Below are positions 48,918-63,347 of a stretch of 64,000 nt of DNA, piece by piece. Under the pieces are notes generated by a model. It saw nothing but the letters and a program-made list of their open reading frames with translations, made no database searches and was not told the origin of the DNA. Positions within the stretch are counted from its first letter, which is position 1. Each line of letters starts with the position of its first letter. The stretch is from Lepidodermella squamata (taxonomy: Eukaryota > Animalia > Gastrotricha): contig JBLDXI010000042.1 in the NCBI GenBank assembly GCA_047495785.1, positions 4,340,001 through 4,404,000 of the forward strand, read 5' to 3'. The position numbers were made by a program, and so were the translations under genes.

Positions 48918-51033
48918 ATGGCTGCTAACGCCGAGGATGGTGTTCTATATCGGCGGCCGAGGAAAGAGGACGGCGAAAACGAAGAAGATTATGTGGAAGA
49001 AGAGCGCCAAATTCCGCCTGATGGTGGCTGGGGATGGATCATTATCATTTCTGGTTTTTTCGCCCACGTTCTTTCTGATGGTGTCATGTACGCATTTGGT
49101 GTTATCCTCGACGAATTGATGGACCGATTTCAAGTTGAGGCAACTGAAGTAACATTTGTCGGCTCGTTATTGCCAGCAGTTATTCTTGGAATAGGTAAGA
49201 TAAAAGCCATTCTTAATGAGAGATGAAATTTTATACGATTACAATTAGGTCCAATCGCTAGTACTTTGATCACACTATTCGGAGCTAGGGCAATCACGAT
49301 TGCCGGGTCCATTATTGCCGGTCTTTCACTGATCGCATCGATGTTTGCGCCATCGTTGCTCTACCTGTCCATTTCAGTCGGTGTCTTTTGCGGCATCGGT
49401 TTTGGAATCGTTTATCTTCCAGCTATCGTAATGGTTAGCTATTACTTCGAAAAGCGCCGCTCACTCGGTATTTTGTGCCTAAATTTACTATATATTTCGT
49501 TATTACAGCCATTTTTTCCTAGCCATGGGTCTAACTGTTTGCGGCTCTGGCGTTGGGACTGTTGCTCTCCCACCTATTCTAAGTCTTCTCATTCATGAGT
49601 ACGGCTGGCGAGGAACTTTCGCCATAATGGGTGCTATCGTTTTCAACTGTATTGCTTGCGGTTTAGTTCTGTTACCCCTTAAACCGACCAAAGTCTGGGT
49701 TAAAAAGCCGAACACGGCTAAAAACTTTGGATTAGTTGACGCCATAACGAAAGACAGCCAAGCTAATGAAAAGATGGCGAATGGAGACCAGAACGGAATG
49801 ACCATGGCTAACATTTCAGTCCAAGTAACAGCGGAGCCTGATGATAAGGAGGATGAACGTGAAATTGTCTCGCCTCTTCTTAGCAAGGATAAAGTTTTAG
49901 TTATCCCTAATCATGACGAAGTGAAATTCAGGCGCGGAAACAGTCTATCGCCCCTGATGAAAACCGACGAAACAGAAGGAAGACAACGCAGGCATAGCGA
50001 AACACGAGAAACTGCCGGCTCACCTCACACGATCGCTACAACTTCTACATCTAGAATTCGTCAAATTTCCCTTCACCAATCGCAGCTACTACCGGAGCAA
50101 CGTCGTAATCCTGATTTGGTCATGCGGCCTGATTTACGTTATCCTCACAGTTTGACCCACATCCCGCTGTACCAGTCAAATCGCGATTTATTCGTGAGAC
50201 AAGTTTCTCACTACACTTCTCAAGTTAACAATGCGATAACCGAGGAGGACGAAATTGATCTGACGGTTAAACCAAGTTATAGCCGGCAAATTATCGACTC
50301 GTTGAAAAACTCCTTCGATTTCACGCTGTTCAAAGACATTCCGTTTACGTTCTTCATGCTGTCCAGTTTCATGACCTCACTCGGCTACAACGCACCCTAT
50401 CTTTACATTGTTGCCTGGGGCACGAAGGAGCTCAATTTCACGCTATCGCAAGCAGCTTGGCTCAGTTCGTTCATCGGAGTCGGAAATATTATAGGCCGTC
50501 TACTTTTCGGCTGGTTGGCTGACCAGCCTTGGGCGTCTCGCATGTTACTCTACATTTTCGCCCTGATTACATGCGGTATCGCAACGATTATTTCACCATT
50601 TTACACTGCGTACTGGTGGATGGTGGGTTATGCCCATATTTTTGGAATTTTAATCGGAGCTTACGTTGGCCTAACGCCTCTTCTGCTCGTCGATTTGTTG
50701 GGTTTACATCGGCTTGAAGTCGCCTTTGGAATTACCGGTTTGGTACAATGTGTTGCTACCTTAATTGGCCCACCTATTCTAGCCCAGCTACGTGATTATT
50801 CCGGCTCTTTCGCCCTGTTGTTCTACGTTTGTGGCGCTGTCATTGCCCTAAGTGGAGTCATGTTAATCCCAGTTTTCATTTTCTACGAAAAATTGCGGAC
50901 GAAAGTCACTGTTGAAGAGCGCGAGTTGGGCAGGGCTGAGACCCTGGTTGGCGCGGCGGATCCCAACGGAAGTTCCGGGTCGGAAACATCGGACGATACT
51001 CAGCAACACAAATCAACGCCCGAAAAAGCGTGA
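48918..51033 (+). CDS. Monocarboxylate transporter (SLC16/MCT, MFS), ~668 aa
   Basis: Exons 48918-49194, 49249-49467, 49523-51033. Motifs PPDGGWGW, YFEKRRSLAMG, GRLLFGWLAD, with a long central loop. Confidence 0.92.
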
Positions 51034-51586
51034 CATTAGATTTTTTCGAATTTTTCTCTGTTGTGTTTCAAACCTTTTTTTGGCGCGATCAAAGCGATGT
51101 AAATCCTGTTGATTTTTCTGCATCGAAAATTGTTGTGATTATAAATGTAATTTTTCAACCTGAGTATTCATACGCCCTGAGATGAATTCAAACTAGTCCT
51201 TGGAACAAGCCGAACAAATGAGCATGTCCTTGTTATATCCGTCGTGATTTGAGCCTTATTTCGATTTTATCTGCCTTAGTTTTTATTCTTTACTATTTTT
51301 AACCATGAGCTGAAATGTGAGAAAAGCTTTCAAGCGTATTTTCCCAATTTCGAGTACCTAGCACGCCTTTCTTTCACCACGACGTGTTTTTCGATTAACT
51401 ATACTTACTAAGTGATTACGGTTTTCTCTTGTGCTTGTTCAAGTCTTCTTCTTCTTATTCTTATTCTTTGACGATAATTGTTGCAATACACTGCTGCTGG
51501 GTTCCATAAAATGAACGAGCAATGTTGTGAACGAATTAAAACACGAAAATTCTGTTAATAATTCTTGACTTTTTTCGTAGTCTTTT

Positions 51587-52432
51587 ATGAGCAAATTTAC
51601 GAAAGAACCTTCGAAATCAGACATCGATTGGGTCGAAAAATTGTATAAACCTAAATTCGAACTTGAGACTTTTCTACATGAGGCTTTCCGGGATCCAGAT
51701 TGCTTGGAAAAAGGTTGGGAAAATTCGAATATATCATATTTTTGTAATTATTTTCGTAATTTAACAGCGGTTCAGGTTGATCTTCCTCGAGTTTCTGAAA
51801 AATCGGTGAATAGGCTGACTCAAACTGATGGCGAATTATGGTCAAGTCAAGATCTAGCTCTACTTCGCAAGGCCTATTCGCGAAAATGCGACGAATTAGC
51901 CGTGAAGGGCTCGCCCCATTACGACGAAATGATCGCCGATTTGAAGATGGAAATTGAAGAACTGCGTGAAAATTGGCGCTCGGCTCAGCAGGATTTCGAC
52001 CGCAGCCAGGCTGAACTGGCGGCGTCTAGACGCGAATCGCAACAGCTGCGAGTTGCAATTTTTGGCCTGAAAAAATTCACCAGTAACCAATTAGCTGATG
52101 CTGACGATGCTAGGTGGGCGGCGCAGTTTGAACGCGCGTCATCGCAACGCGCCTTCGAAGACCGGCTGGAGAGCCTGCAACGCGAGCAACAGGTGGTTGC
52201 GCGTGAGCGGCAGGCCCAGTTGCAGCGGCAGCAGATTGAAGCTGCTAGGTCGGGTGCATCTTCATCCGCGGAAGTGACAGCTGTCTATCGGCTGTTGGAG
52301 GAAACGAAGGCGGAGAAACGGCGGTTACAAACCGAACTCGACGAGGCTGTATCGGCGTTGAAAGAGTACGATAGGTCGTACAAATTGCTGCTCAAACACG
52401 TTCACGGTTCCGGCAATATTGTGATTCATTGA
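51587..52432 (+). CDS. Coiled-coil protein (weak resemblance to CCDC160)
   Basis: 281-codon ORF with a probable in-frame 54-nt intron at 51714-51767 and a heptad-rich Q/E/R C-terminal half. The family resemblance is from memory of the N-terminal WVEKLYKPKF-type motif only. Confidence 0.65.
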   Translation: MSKFTKEPSKSDIDWVEKLYKPKFELETFLHEAFRDPDCLEKGWENSNISYFCNYFRNLTAVQVDLPRVSEKSVNRLTQTDGELWSSQDLALLRKAYSRKCDELAVKGSPHYDEMIADLKMEIEELRENWRSAQQDFDRSQAELAASRRESQQLRVAIFGLKKFTSNQLADADDARWAAQFERASSQRAFEDRLESLQREQQVVARERQAQLQRQQIEAARSGASSSAEVTAVYRLLEETKAEKRRLQTELDEAVSALKEYDRSYKLLLKHVHGSGNIVIH

Positions 52433-55400
52433 TATGAAAAAATACTCAAGATAGTGAAAAATGAGATTTTAAATAGAAATTAGTTCAAAGAAATCCTCTA
52501 ATAGAACTAAAATCATATTTGGTCCCGAAAACTACGTTCTTTTTTGCTCAAAAATATACCAAATCCTGCTTAAAATGCCGTTGTCCAAAAAATGAGTTTA
52601 ATTTTTACTTTTTACCTCCATAATTTTTTTGTTTTGAGGGCTATTAAGATTGCAGGAATTTATATCGATATAACGAAATAACGATGAATTTCGTTATTTT
52701 GAATTCAAATTTGGCAGTTAAAACTTCGAAATAAGAATATATATTAATGGAAAATATAAAAAAATGTAAAATCTCATTTTTCACTTCAGTTTTGTTTTGA
52801 CTTCATTGTTATCTGTCATTCCGAATTCATGAATAATCTCACTTTATCACGACTGCAAAAATAATAAACAATTTTTACACGTTTTAATAGGTTTCGTAGT
52901 AAAACTGATAGTAAATCCGAGAAGATATAGCCACCCAGCCGCTTTTAATCTCCCGTTGCCGGAAGCGGATTTTTCTCGTCTCGACATTGTCCAGTTCTCA
53001 TTTTCTAGGCTTGAAAAAAAATCTCGCATCTCATTGCGAAATTCTGTCGAAAATCACGTGATGTTTCGTTTCTGAAAAATTGGCTATGCATCCTGCAGGA
53101 GTTGTGTTATTTTTCTGCATTTCAACTAATCAGTGCCTGAGGCTTAATGGGGGAGTGGCTTATCTCTCTTGTAGTGACGTGGGCTATATGTTGCTATTTT
53201 CTATCATCATGGTGGTTTCTTTTTCTTTCAGTTTTTCAGCTGCTGATCGCAACTTAGCTAACCGGCGACCGCGCCCCGTGGGGTTGCTTCTGCTGCCTCG
53301 TTCGCCCATTGTTCGGCCGAGATGAAAAATCGAAGACGGAGGAGGCTGGCAGGAGAGAGAGACAGGGAAAAGGAGCGCAGTCTATAATAATAATTACTAT
53401 CAACATTTTCGGTCTACGATAATAATGGTAGAGGCGAAAACAGCAGCCATATGACAAAATCAAGAGTGGAATATAATAGAAAATGCGCTGCGTGTAATAA
53501 AGTACGCCGTCGCGCGATGGCAGTCATCGCACTCCGAGACACACAAAAATTTGAAAAAAATCAATCGATGCTGCTGTGCGGTCTTTGTTTAAAACGATGC
53601 TGCTCCAGTCTAAAATAATTTATAATATGCGTCAAATGGTAAATATGCCGAGGTACTTCAAGTTTGAGTATATTCTGCCGAATAATTTCAGCGATGTTTG
53701 ATTATCGACTTCTTCTCACCGACACAGATCAGTTATTATTATTTACTACCATTTAGATAATAATAATAATACTAGTATATTGCGTGATGCGCAGTTTTTT
53801 ACGCCATGACGTCGCGCATTAAAATAATATCATTATATTCCTTCCCTTTTGGTCACTATATTTTTGTGCTGTTATTGCAAAAATATACAGTCGCGTTTCT
53901 GCTTCATACAACAATGTACTCGACCGAGTGAATAGATGATGATGTATATTAGGAGAAAAAATCAAGCAGTCAAATTTTTGGATACACATCCGTCTATCAT
54001 TTGTTTTTCGCGAATATAGATGAAATTATGTATAATATATACGCGGAAATTCTAGACACAATATCGGCGAATTATCATGTTACATCATGCTGGCTAACTT
54101 CCTACAACACAAACATGCAATCGCAAAAATCTCTGCTACTTATATTTAGGTGATATATGTTTTCTGCAACAATATTTTTACGCTTCCGATGAAGCGTGAA
54201 TTCGCGATTTTATCGCATAGGTCAAGTGCGCGTGAAAACCTGCGAGGCATTTGTCATAAAACTATAGTAGTTTGTTACCTGGAGCTTTCTTGTTCACTTT
54301 TTCACCTCGGGGTCTGTCTACATAAAGCGATTCTATCAATATTTATATTAGTTTTACTTGCAATAAAATATCGTATTATTAATCTCGCTATTTTTCTAAG
54401 CCGTTCAATTTCCTGGTTGCGCACAATTTTTTGTGTGTATTTTATACACAAAGTAAAAATAAATAGTTGGTGCGATGAAACAATTTTTTACTCCGCAGTA
54501 GGAAAAATAAATATTTTGCGCCTTTTAGCTGTTCTAGATTTAAATTTTGTCCGAAAATTCGATCTATTTCGGCGAATATCGCCGATTTACAAAAAATAAC
54601 GCATCTGCAACTTGTCTTTCAATCGTTATCTCTGCGATTTTTTCTTCATGACGTTATTTCAGCGCTAGGAAAATGTGTTTTCGCTCAGTCTCGCTTGTCA
54701 TTTTTTGCGCCTGGAAAATAGCTAACATAACAGAAATCGTTAGGATTTATTAGGAGTAATGACGTGGTTATTAGCGTTGTTGTGACGGGTTACCTGAAAG
54801 GTCTAAGAAAATATTCTCTTGGAGTAATATATCATGGCTGTTCGCTGTTAAATACCGATTCTATTCCCGATTAGCAACATTCTTAATCATATATGTCTAT
54901 ATTCTTCATTAGAATACCTTCACGAAATAATTCGATACATTGTCTAACAAATATTGCTTGTAAATATCCACCTTGATTTTCATCTCCTCATCCAGTTTAA
55001 CTTTAACACCCGAGACTCAATTTAGTAGGTAGGAATTTTATATTGAGCCCCAAATAGCTGCCTTAATTCTCGTTTATATCAAGTGCTTCCATTGGTGAGC
55101 GAGAAATCTTCAAAAATGAACATTCATAAATAATGATTTGTTTCTACATAAATTCTGAAACTACTATAGCATGCGCATTTCTTATAATGATTGCGTTTTC
55201 ATCTAATGATCACGAGGTTAATCGATTTCTTCTATCTCATGGCCATCTTCAATTTAATGGCGAATATCTGATTTTAGCCATTTTTGAGAGAACGAGAAAA
55301 TCAATTTAAAATACTGATCAAGAGAGAAATTTTGTTAAAAATAAGGTTTCTGATTTCATTTTCGCCAACCTGGAACAACTTCAAATTAACTGATTCCCTC

Positions 55401-57677
55401 CGAAATTCGACATTCCCTTCTTCAAACAGAAGATGAACGCTCTAGGCCTAAGTCTTTAAATATTAAAAATTGTGATGTGGCCGAACATTCTTGGTAAATA
55501 ATAATAAAAAAACCGCTACAGCCGCCGAATTTCCTCATATTTCCAAGTAAAAGAGCAGATTTTCAGGTCAAGAAATTTGATCAGATAAAATTGCCCAGCT
55601 ACTCAATAACAGGTCCAAAAGTATCCAATGGTGCTCTTGTTCGCTACTTTTTTTCCACCTTCGCTTTCACCTCAACTCGATCGCTGCGTTGGCACGATAT
55701 AATGAACGATATTAGTTACATCGGAATCGTTTTAGTTTTTAGTTTCGACAAAAGAATATCTGTAATTTTTCTATCTAGCCAATTTTTGCTTTAAATGATT
55801 TTTTCAAACTGATCCAGCCGCTGAAATCTCAGCTGCAATAGTTTTAGAGCGCATTGTAGGCCCTGTGAAAATATATTTAGACTTTAATGACAATAGTTGT
55901 ATATTAAAGTTGATTGAAACAGCGCAAATGATTTCACCGTAATCCCGAGCCATGCGTTTTTCTTATTCTCGCTTGGAGTACCCTTGAAATAACGTTTTCA
56001 ATAGCCTCCGGTTAGCAACGATATCGATATAAAAAAAATGCGGCCAAATTACACTTCTTGCTTATATTCCCGAGTGGCCGATATGTACACAATTTACACT
56101 CTCATTATCACAACAATAGCCAGTAATAAAAATGTACAACTTTTTTCGCCCATTCTCGAATAGATCAGTTAGATATCGGCGCATTTTTTCCTCCTACATT
56201 CTTCATATATACGAGTCTAGTTCGATAAAATAAAAAATAGCTGAGAAGTTGTAGAGTAGTATTAATAATAACTGTTATTGTTATACCACAGGCTCCGTAT
56301 TCGCAATTTACATTTATACACGACGGCGATTGTTTTTTCGCGATAGAAATATTATACTTATACTCGAATCGGCGTTTCCGCGATCGCGCGTGAGCTTTTC
56401 TTCACAAGCGCGCAAGGTTTTCTCTTCCGTTTTTTTTCGATAGATAAATATATAAATATATTATCTTTTCCTTGCCTTGTTGTATTAACCATCGTAACAT
56501 TGAGTAATGCGTTAACACGCCACGGGCACGGAAAGGCAGGTTCAACAACCCGGCGCCGCACCTACTCGCTTATTTTTATTGTAAAGCAAAAAACCAGATT
56601 TTTTCGTCTTTCTCACAATTTTCAATCTTGATTCCAAAACTCAAAATAGAACAAGCCGAGTCGATTAAGGCATCACTCAAATGATATTTTAATCATTATT
56701 TGATCTTCTCTTATTGTGTCAAGTTGAACAAAATTAGATCTTCACCCAAAATTTGGAATGACTTAAATCCGCAGAAAATTATTGAACTAACATTTTTTAA
56801 TATTTTAAAATTTGATAAGAGAGCTTTTCAGTATGATGAAAAATTGCCTTTAATAATAAAAATATATTGGGAAAAATCCAATTTTAAGTTTAGAAATGTT
56901 TGGATTTCCGCAAGGATTGCGCAGTTCAGCGGCTTAATCGTCAAATTATTTAAAAAACCACACCTCAAAGCATTTTCTTAAAAAATGGGCTAGTTAACCT
57001 GTATTTTCATCCTGCTGTAGTAAGAAGTGAGTGAATAACTAGCCAAGAAAACCTAGCAAATTAATTGGCCTTCTCGTTTCGCGCAGTTTTTTGTTGTTGG
57101 CTATCGACCTTTATTGGCGAGATCGATAGAGGTTAATCACCCGCAATGACTTCTAGCTATAATTTTCGCACTTTTTGGCTGGCGCGCGGACCAGTTTTTA
57201 TTGCTTCATTCATGAGAGGGGCAAAAACTACGCATTTCGCACTCTTTTTATGGCGTCTGTGAAAGGTGAGTTCCGATTTTTATTGCGAGAGGTATCCGCA
57301 ATAAAACAATAAGCAGGTATCCGAATTTCCCATGAGGGTCTCAAATCGATTGATTGATTCTTATTTTTTCTCCTCAAGTTTTAGAATGTTATTCTGAAAG
57401 ATTTTGTCGAAAAAATTGGGTCGCTATTCCTGAAAAATCGGTGTTGTCTCGGTATCCGATTTAGAGACAAAAAATTGATTGGTTAGCGAATCACAGCAGT
57501 ACTATTAGAAGATTTTGTAGAGTTAGCGATAGAAAATTAGTCCCCGAAAAATCACCGCCATGCCGCGTTACCGGCCTGGCGCTGAACGATCGTTTGTGGC
57601 CGACGGCTGACGAGCGACCGCGGAAATTACCGAGTTTCGGATTTTTACCGGTTTTGGTTATCGCCACCGTCGTCATC

Positions 57678-60600
57678 ATGCCTGATATCGTGTTTGCGAA
57701 CCCGAATCAGCCGTTAATCGAGCCCCACTCGGCGTTCGAGCATACGGCGCTGCCCGGCATCACGACGCTGGTCGAAGGCCTGAGTCATCACAATACAACA
57801 GGCGTAGATCCGACGAATTCGAATTTTCTCAAAAAATTCGATGAAGGTGAGAGATTCTTGAATTTTTCTGTTTTTTTCACCGAATTTTTGAATTTCCGGA
57901 AAAATTGATCATATTTTCGTTCAAATTTTCTCTTTATTCCCATTTTCGAAAATTATTCATTAGTCATTATTGCCGAATTATTAGGGTTCAAGTTTCTGGG
58001 TTTTCATGTTTTCGGGAAATATTCTGTTTTTGATATATTTTTTGCCACGGTCATTGCATTCTTGTTTTCATGCCAAGGTCATAGACATTGAATAGTCAAC
58101 TTTCTGCTTGGCTGATTTATCAAATTTTCGGCATGGGCTAAAGTAATCAGTCAGAATTAGCCAAGCAATGATATATGTAGCTTGATGGAGGATGTCCTAA
58201 ATTAGATCGAAACTCTTTTGAACCGTGTCAAGTGCAATAGTCGGGACAATGACATTTTCGAAAAAAAATTGGGTCAATCTAATAAATCAAATTTATACTA
58301 TGCGTAATATTTTTTGTCAAGTTGACCTATATTTTGTGAAGCTGAATAAAGCCAATATGATGTCCCATATTGCCACAAAATAATGTCAGCCCAGGGAACC
58401 CTCTGTTAATTTGTCATTGGATCCCTTGGAACTCGAGTATTTGAAGTACATCAATGACATATTACATAGCTTTTAATTACTGTAAAATTTGGTTCAATTT
58501 TTCAAGAGGTAACAACAGGCCTACCTATCTCTGAGCAATTCAACCGAATAAAATAATAAAAATCGAGAAGACTTTTAAAAAAACATTTATTGAGCGTATT
58601 GAGCATTTCAAGGAATTTCTTCACATTTTTTCGAATTCCAAGGTCATTTTTTCATCTGCGAATTATGCGAATTAAAAAATGAGCTTCAAAATGAGCTTCG
58701 AAAGAGAAAAAAGTTAACTAAAATGACCAGAAATCAAGAAGCGAATTTCCGAGCCAAATTTGCCTCGACATTTGGGGCCAGTAATAGCTAAGGAGTAACA
58801 CTCTTCGGCTGGCTATTATCGACCCCTATACAGCAAATCAGCTCTACCATTTTCCAATAGGTTCCAAAGCTTAAAATTAGTTATGAACAAGTTGGAAAAC
58901 CGGTTTTCTTTCAATTCTAGAGCTAGATAATTTGGTTCCTAGATTATTTTTGAGGGCAATGTCAAGGTTTTTAGGGAATTTTTTATACAGTTGTTAGACC
59001 TAGAAATCGAAGCAAACTGACAACAAATTCAAACCACTGGGGAATGTTCAGACTGATGACAAATTTAAATTTTTGGTCGAACCTGTGATGGACAATTAAA
59101 ATCAAGATTTTGTTAGTCGGATGAACACAGTTTTTCTGCTTATGACGTTGGCCTTGTATATAGCCAAGTTTTTAAAAAAAAAATTTAAAAATATTCAGAA
59201 CGAGATTAATTATGAATGCTTGAAAATAGTGTCCTAGAGGTCTCAGTTGGGATTTCAATCTAATAATTTCATGTCATTTTCGTCTGTTTCAGTGTACGCG
59301 CCCATCCACGCGTATCTGTCGGCTATAATATCAATCCTAGGCGTGTTCGCCAACATTCTCACCGTCATCGTCATGTCACGACCGGACATGCGAACGCCGA
59401 CGAACCGCCTCTACGCCGTCATGGCCTTTGCTGATTTCGTCACCATGCTGCTCTACTGCATATTCGCCATTTTCCTGCAAATCGTCTACGAAGGCTCAGA
59501 CATTCGCAATTTGACGCTGGCTCGAGCTGTTTTCATGGTCATCTACGCCGATTTGAGCGTGTTCAGCCACAGCCTGTCCGTCGCCATTCTCGTCGCTGTC
59601 ACGGTTTTCCGGGTGCTGATCTTGAAGTTACCGGCGTCTACGTCGAAGCAGCATTGCACCCTAGAACGTGCTAATGTGACGGCCGTTGTCACATTCATCG
59701 CTTGTGTCTTAATTACAGTGCCTAATATATGGATAACATCGGCTAGGTGAGTTCGAATCACTACTCTAAATTGTCTAAAATAGTAACGCAAACGATAAAA
59801 TCGAGTAAGAAAAGGCATCAGAAGTCCAAAATTAGATCTTAAGGCCTGAGAAAATCGAAATTTTCAAAGAGAATACAAATATTCCGGAAAATTTTTCTCA
59901 ATAAGTGAAAAATGGGGAATTACCGAACGGGTATTTTCTCTTTCTCCGGTAAATTTAAATGCTCAGTAAATCGCGAAAATGCGAAAATGAAAATAGGTTA
60001 ATTACGCAATTTCTGTAAAAATATGTGTCCTGAATTTTTTTAACATTTTATCAAAGATTTTCATCCTATATTATGCGGTTTGGAATTTCGGATCGTGAAA
60101 TTACGATTAAATTGGTAAAATTTGAAAAATAATTTATTTTTTGGAAATTTTTCTGCTCAAATTTGCTCACTACTCTGGGAATTGGAACTTCAACTGGGTT
60201 CAGCTGCTTGAATTTTCAATTAATTTTTTCGGCAGCCCTTTCATTCAAAAACATTTTGTTAGTTTTCGGCATTTTCGCGACACTTCAAATCACTTTTTGA
60301 ATTTTCCGTAATTTAGAAGCAAAAATAATTGTGTAAATTTGTGAAATTTTTCTTTGAATTATTGCGATCATAGGAACTGTCCGTTATACCGGTAGGTAAA
60401 AGCTGTATAGAATATCGAATGGTTAAAGTACGTCGCAAATAGATATGTATCAGCATTGATCGACGATAATATTGGTAGTTGGAGCTGGTACTAGTTGGAA
60501 GATGTCAAATTCTGTAAATTGTACATGGAATGCTTCCAGCATCGTAACTTGCCTGATAGCTGTGAGTTATAGACTGACTGAATTTGAACTTAGAAACTAG

Positions 60601-63347
60601 ACGATAACTAAAGAATATGAAAAAGAATTGAACGACTAACAGCAAAACCGTTGAAGAAGACGGGTAAATCTAGATGCGTGATAAAATTTGATGAAAGTCT
60701 ATTGTCAACCATTAGTTGCTGGATTTTGATTAATTTAGAGCTTGGATTCAAAGGTTTCAGCGTAACGTGTGAAAAAATGTGATTTTACTTAGATTTTACT
60801 CAGAGCTCGATTTCTGAGGTAGATTAAGGGGACACCCTAAATTGCGGTTCCAGGTATATTTAGTCTCCAAAAATATGGTGTTCATAGTTTATTAACAAGC
60901 TCAAACAATAGATCTCACTATTATGCGTTTTTTGCGCTATTGCCGGTCATTTTACGAGTTATACTTCAAACTCCAGAGCCGATATCGATTTCAGTTATCG
61001 GTTATCGATTTTAGAAAAATCAGTGATTTTTCAATATATCAACAGTCCGCGAAGCTCGCATATGGCCATAATAATTATTCCAAATATCTGGGTAACTACA
61101 ATTAAGGGTCATTGATCTAACAAGGAACCGAGAATTAGCAAAAAATCAGAAAATCGAGTTCCAGAACGCTCAAATTTATATCAAATTTGTGTGACTATAA
61201 GTTGATGACCCAGGCGATCTCCCCAATTTGAAGTAGACTAGGGCTTTCCGGAAATCCCAACAAATTAAAATTTGAGACAATTGAATATTGATGAAATGAT
61301 TGAGTTTGATTATTATTTGATAACAGGTTCAAGGACGACTGCTGGGAGATTTACCGCCGCGAAGACGAAGTGTCGGAGACAATGGCGGTCATCAATTTCT
61401 GGCTGCAGGCCGTCTGCATAAAACTGCTGCCGTGCCTGCTGCTGACGCTTGCATCCATCGCCATCATGCGCACGCTGCGCGAGGCGGACGCGCGGCGGCG
61501 CCGGTTGCAGGGCGACAAGCGGCCGAGTGCGGCGCCGGGCTCGCACCCGCGCGGCACGGACGCGCGCATCCGCAACCGCACGATGATGCTACTCGGCCTG
61601 CTCGTCGTATTTTTGCTCACCGAATTCCCGCAGGGAATACTCACGCTCGTCTGCGGCATCATGGATGAAACCGTGTGGGACCAGATCTACCTTCCGTTGG
61701 GTAAGCACGCCTTTTATTCGTTTTCGAAATACTTTGTCCTATATAAGGACAGAAAAATATGAAATACCTATTTAGGGATTCGGTTTCCTTCATGGGTCAT
61801 TTAACGAAAAAAAATCGGAGAAACTCCGTAGAAACTGGAAATTACCGAAAATTACAGAAAATTACGTCTGAAATCGACTGGTGAATCATCAAAAATATAA
61901 AAACCCTGTTTTTTTACGGAATCAAAAGTCGTTTATTTCCGACCAAGTGTTTGCCTTGAAAAAACTGGTTGTTGATTCTCTAATTAGTGGATTGTTAGGT
62001 TTCCACAAGGGGCTGAAAACGATTCTGTCGAAAAACAGGGTTCTACAATTTTTGATGATTCACCAGTCGATTTCAGACTTAATTTAGGGTAATTTTCGGT
62101 AATTTCCAGGAATTTCTCCGAATCTATTCTCATTGGAAACTGGCAACGGTCCTAGGTTATTAGCATTTCTATAAGCTTTTGGCCATATGTTTTGATTCGA
62201 CGTTTTGTTATGGGAATTTTGCTCCATTTTTCAGTACTCACTCCGAGCTCACTTTTGGGACGCTGTATATCTTTACCCCCTCGCCTAGCAATGGTTTGTA
62301 GGCATACGTTGGTTGCTTGTTGCGCTTGCAAACGGTAGCCCACTTGAGGAGGGAGTGGAAGCTTGGTCACTTCAGACATTCGCCAAAGATCCTGAAAGAT
62401 CCTAGGTTCACATTTCATGTGAACGCACAGTTGAACCCAGCTTAAAGTTATCCGTGCCATAATCGCAGCCAAAATGTAAGGGGTTGGTTGAATTGCAGGA
62501 GCACCCAGGTTGCCACTCTCTTTTGGAAATTCTTGACTGATCAAGAAGGTTCCAAATAAAAGGTTCCAAAGAAAAGGTTCCCAAGATGGCATCCGTTCTG
62601 TCTTTTACATTTTGGCACGATTAATTCATTTTTTGTGTGTTTGTTCCAATAGGAAACTTCCTTGACATGCTGACGCTCATAAACGCTGGTGTTAACTTTG
62701 TGCTGTTCGCTTCAATGAGTTCCGAGTTCCGCGCGGCCCTGAACAAGCAGCTCAGTTCGTGGTGCCACTGCTACGCTCAGATGCTAGAGAAAAAGCAACA
62801 GGAACACCAGCAGTTGCAACAGCAGCCCAACAAGCAACGCCCACAGGCCGCTGCATCAAATCCTGCTCCAACACTAGTCGTCGTAGCTACACCAGACTCA
62901 ACCCTACTCACCCCGGCTAAAAACGGCCATGTCAACCATGGCATTCAGAAATCATCGTCAAAAAGCGTCGCACTTAATAGCCTAGATACAGCAGAAAAAT
63001 CAGATGCGGAAAGTTGTGTAGCCCTATTGAGCCCGTGTCAAAATAACGGAGATTGCAATCATAAGATGACTATGACTGAGGCAGGAGAAAGGAGTGAAAG
63101 CGAGAGCCCGTGCCATACGGCTGACTGCCAGCATGTTGTAAAACGAGAGCCTAGCATAGATCAAATAGCTGAGAACAGCTCGCCTGTAGTAGACGACATT
63201 GAGCCTACTGTTGATGAGCCGCAATTGGCTACAGGCAAGCAGTTTTCGATACTAGCGAACAGGGCCAAGTCCCAGGCTAGCAATCGGCGAGAATTAGCCA
63301 CCAAATTGATCCCCCTCCTCGCCAAAGAACAGGAGCAATTTGTATGA
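57678..63347 (+). CDS. Class A neuropeptide GPCR, DmsR/myosuppressin-receptor (dmsr-1)-like, ~563 aa
   Basis: Exons 57678-57846, 59293-59746, 61327-61700, 62653-63347 in frame. Motifs HAYLS..GVFAN..MRTPTN, NFW..IKLLPC, RTMML..FLLTEFPQG, DMLTLINAGVNFVLF.MS..FR. Confidence 0.88.
61813..62122. mobile_element. Palindromic MITE in GPCR intron 3
   Basis: ctggaaattaccgaaaattac..gtctgaaatcgactggtgaatcatcaaaaat is mirrored by atttttgatgattcaccagtcgatttcagac..gtaattttcggtaatttccag. Confidence 0.8.

Noticed and set aside
62152-62592. 146-aa antisense ORF in GPCR intron 3
   Set aside because: No motif recognised; it may be a TE remnant but cannot be supported.
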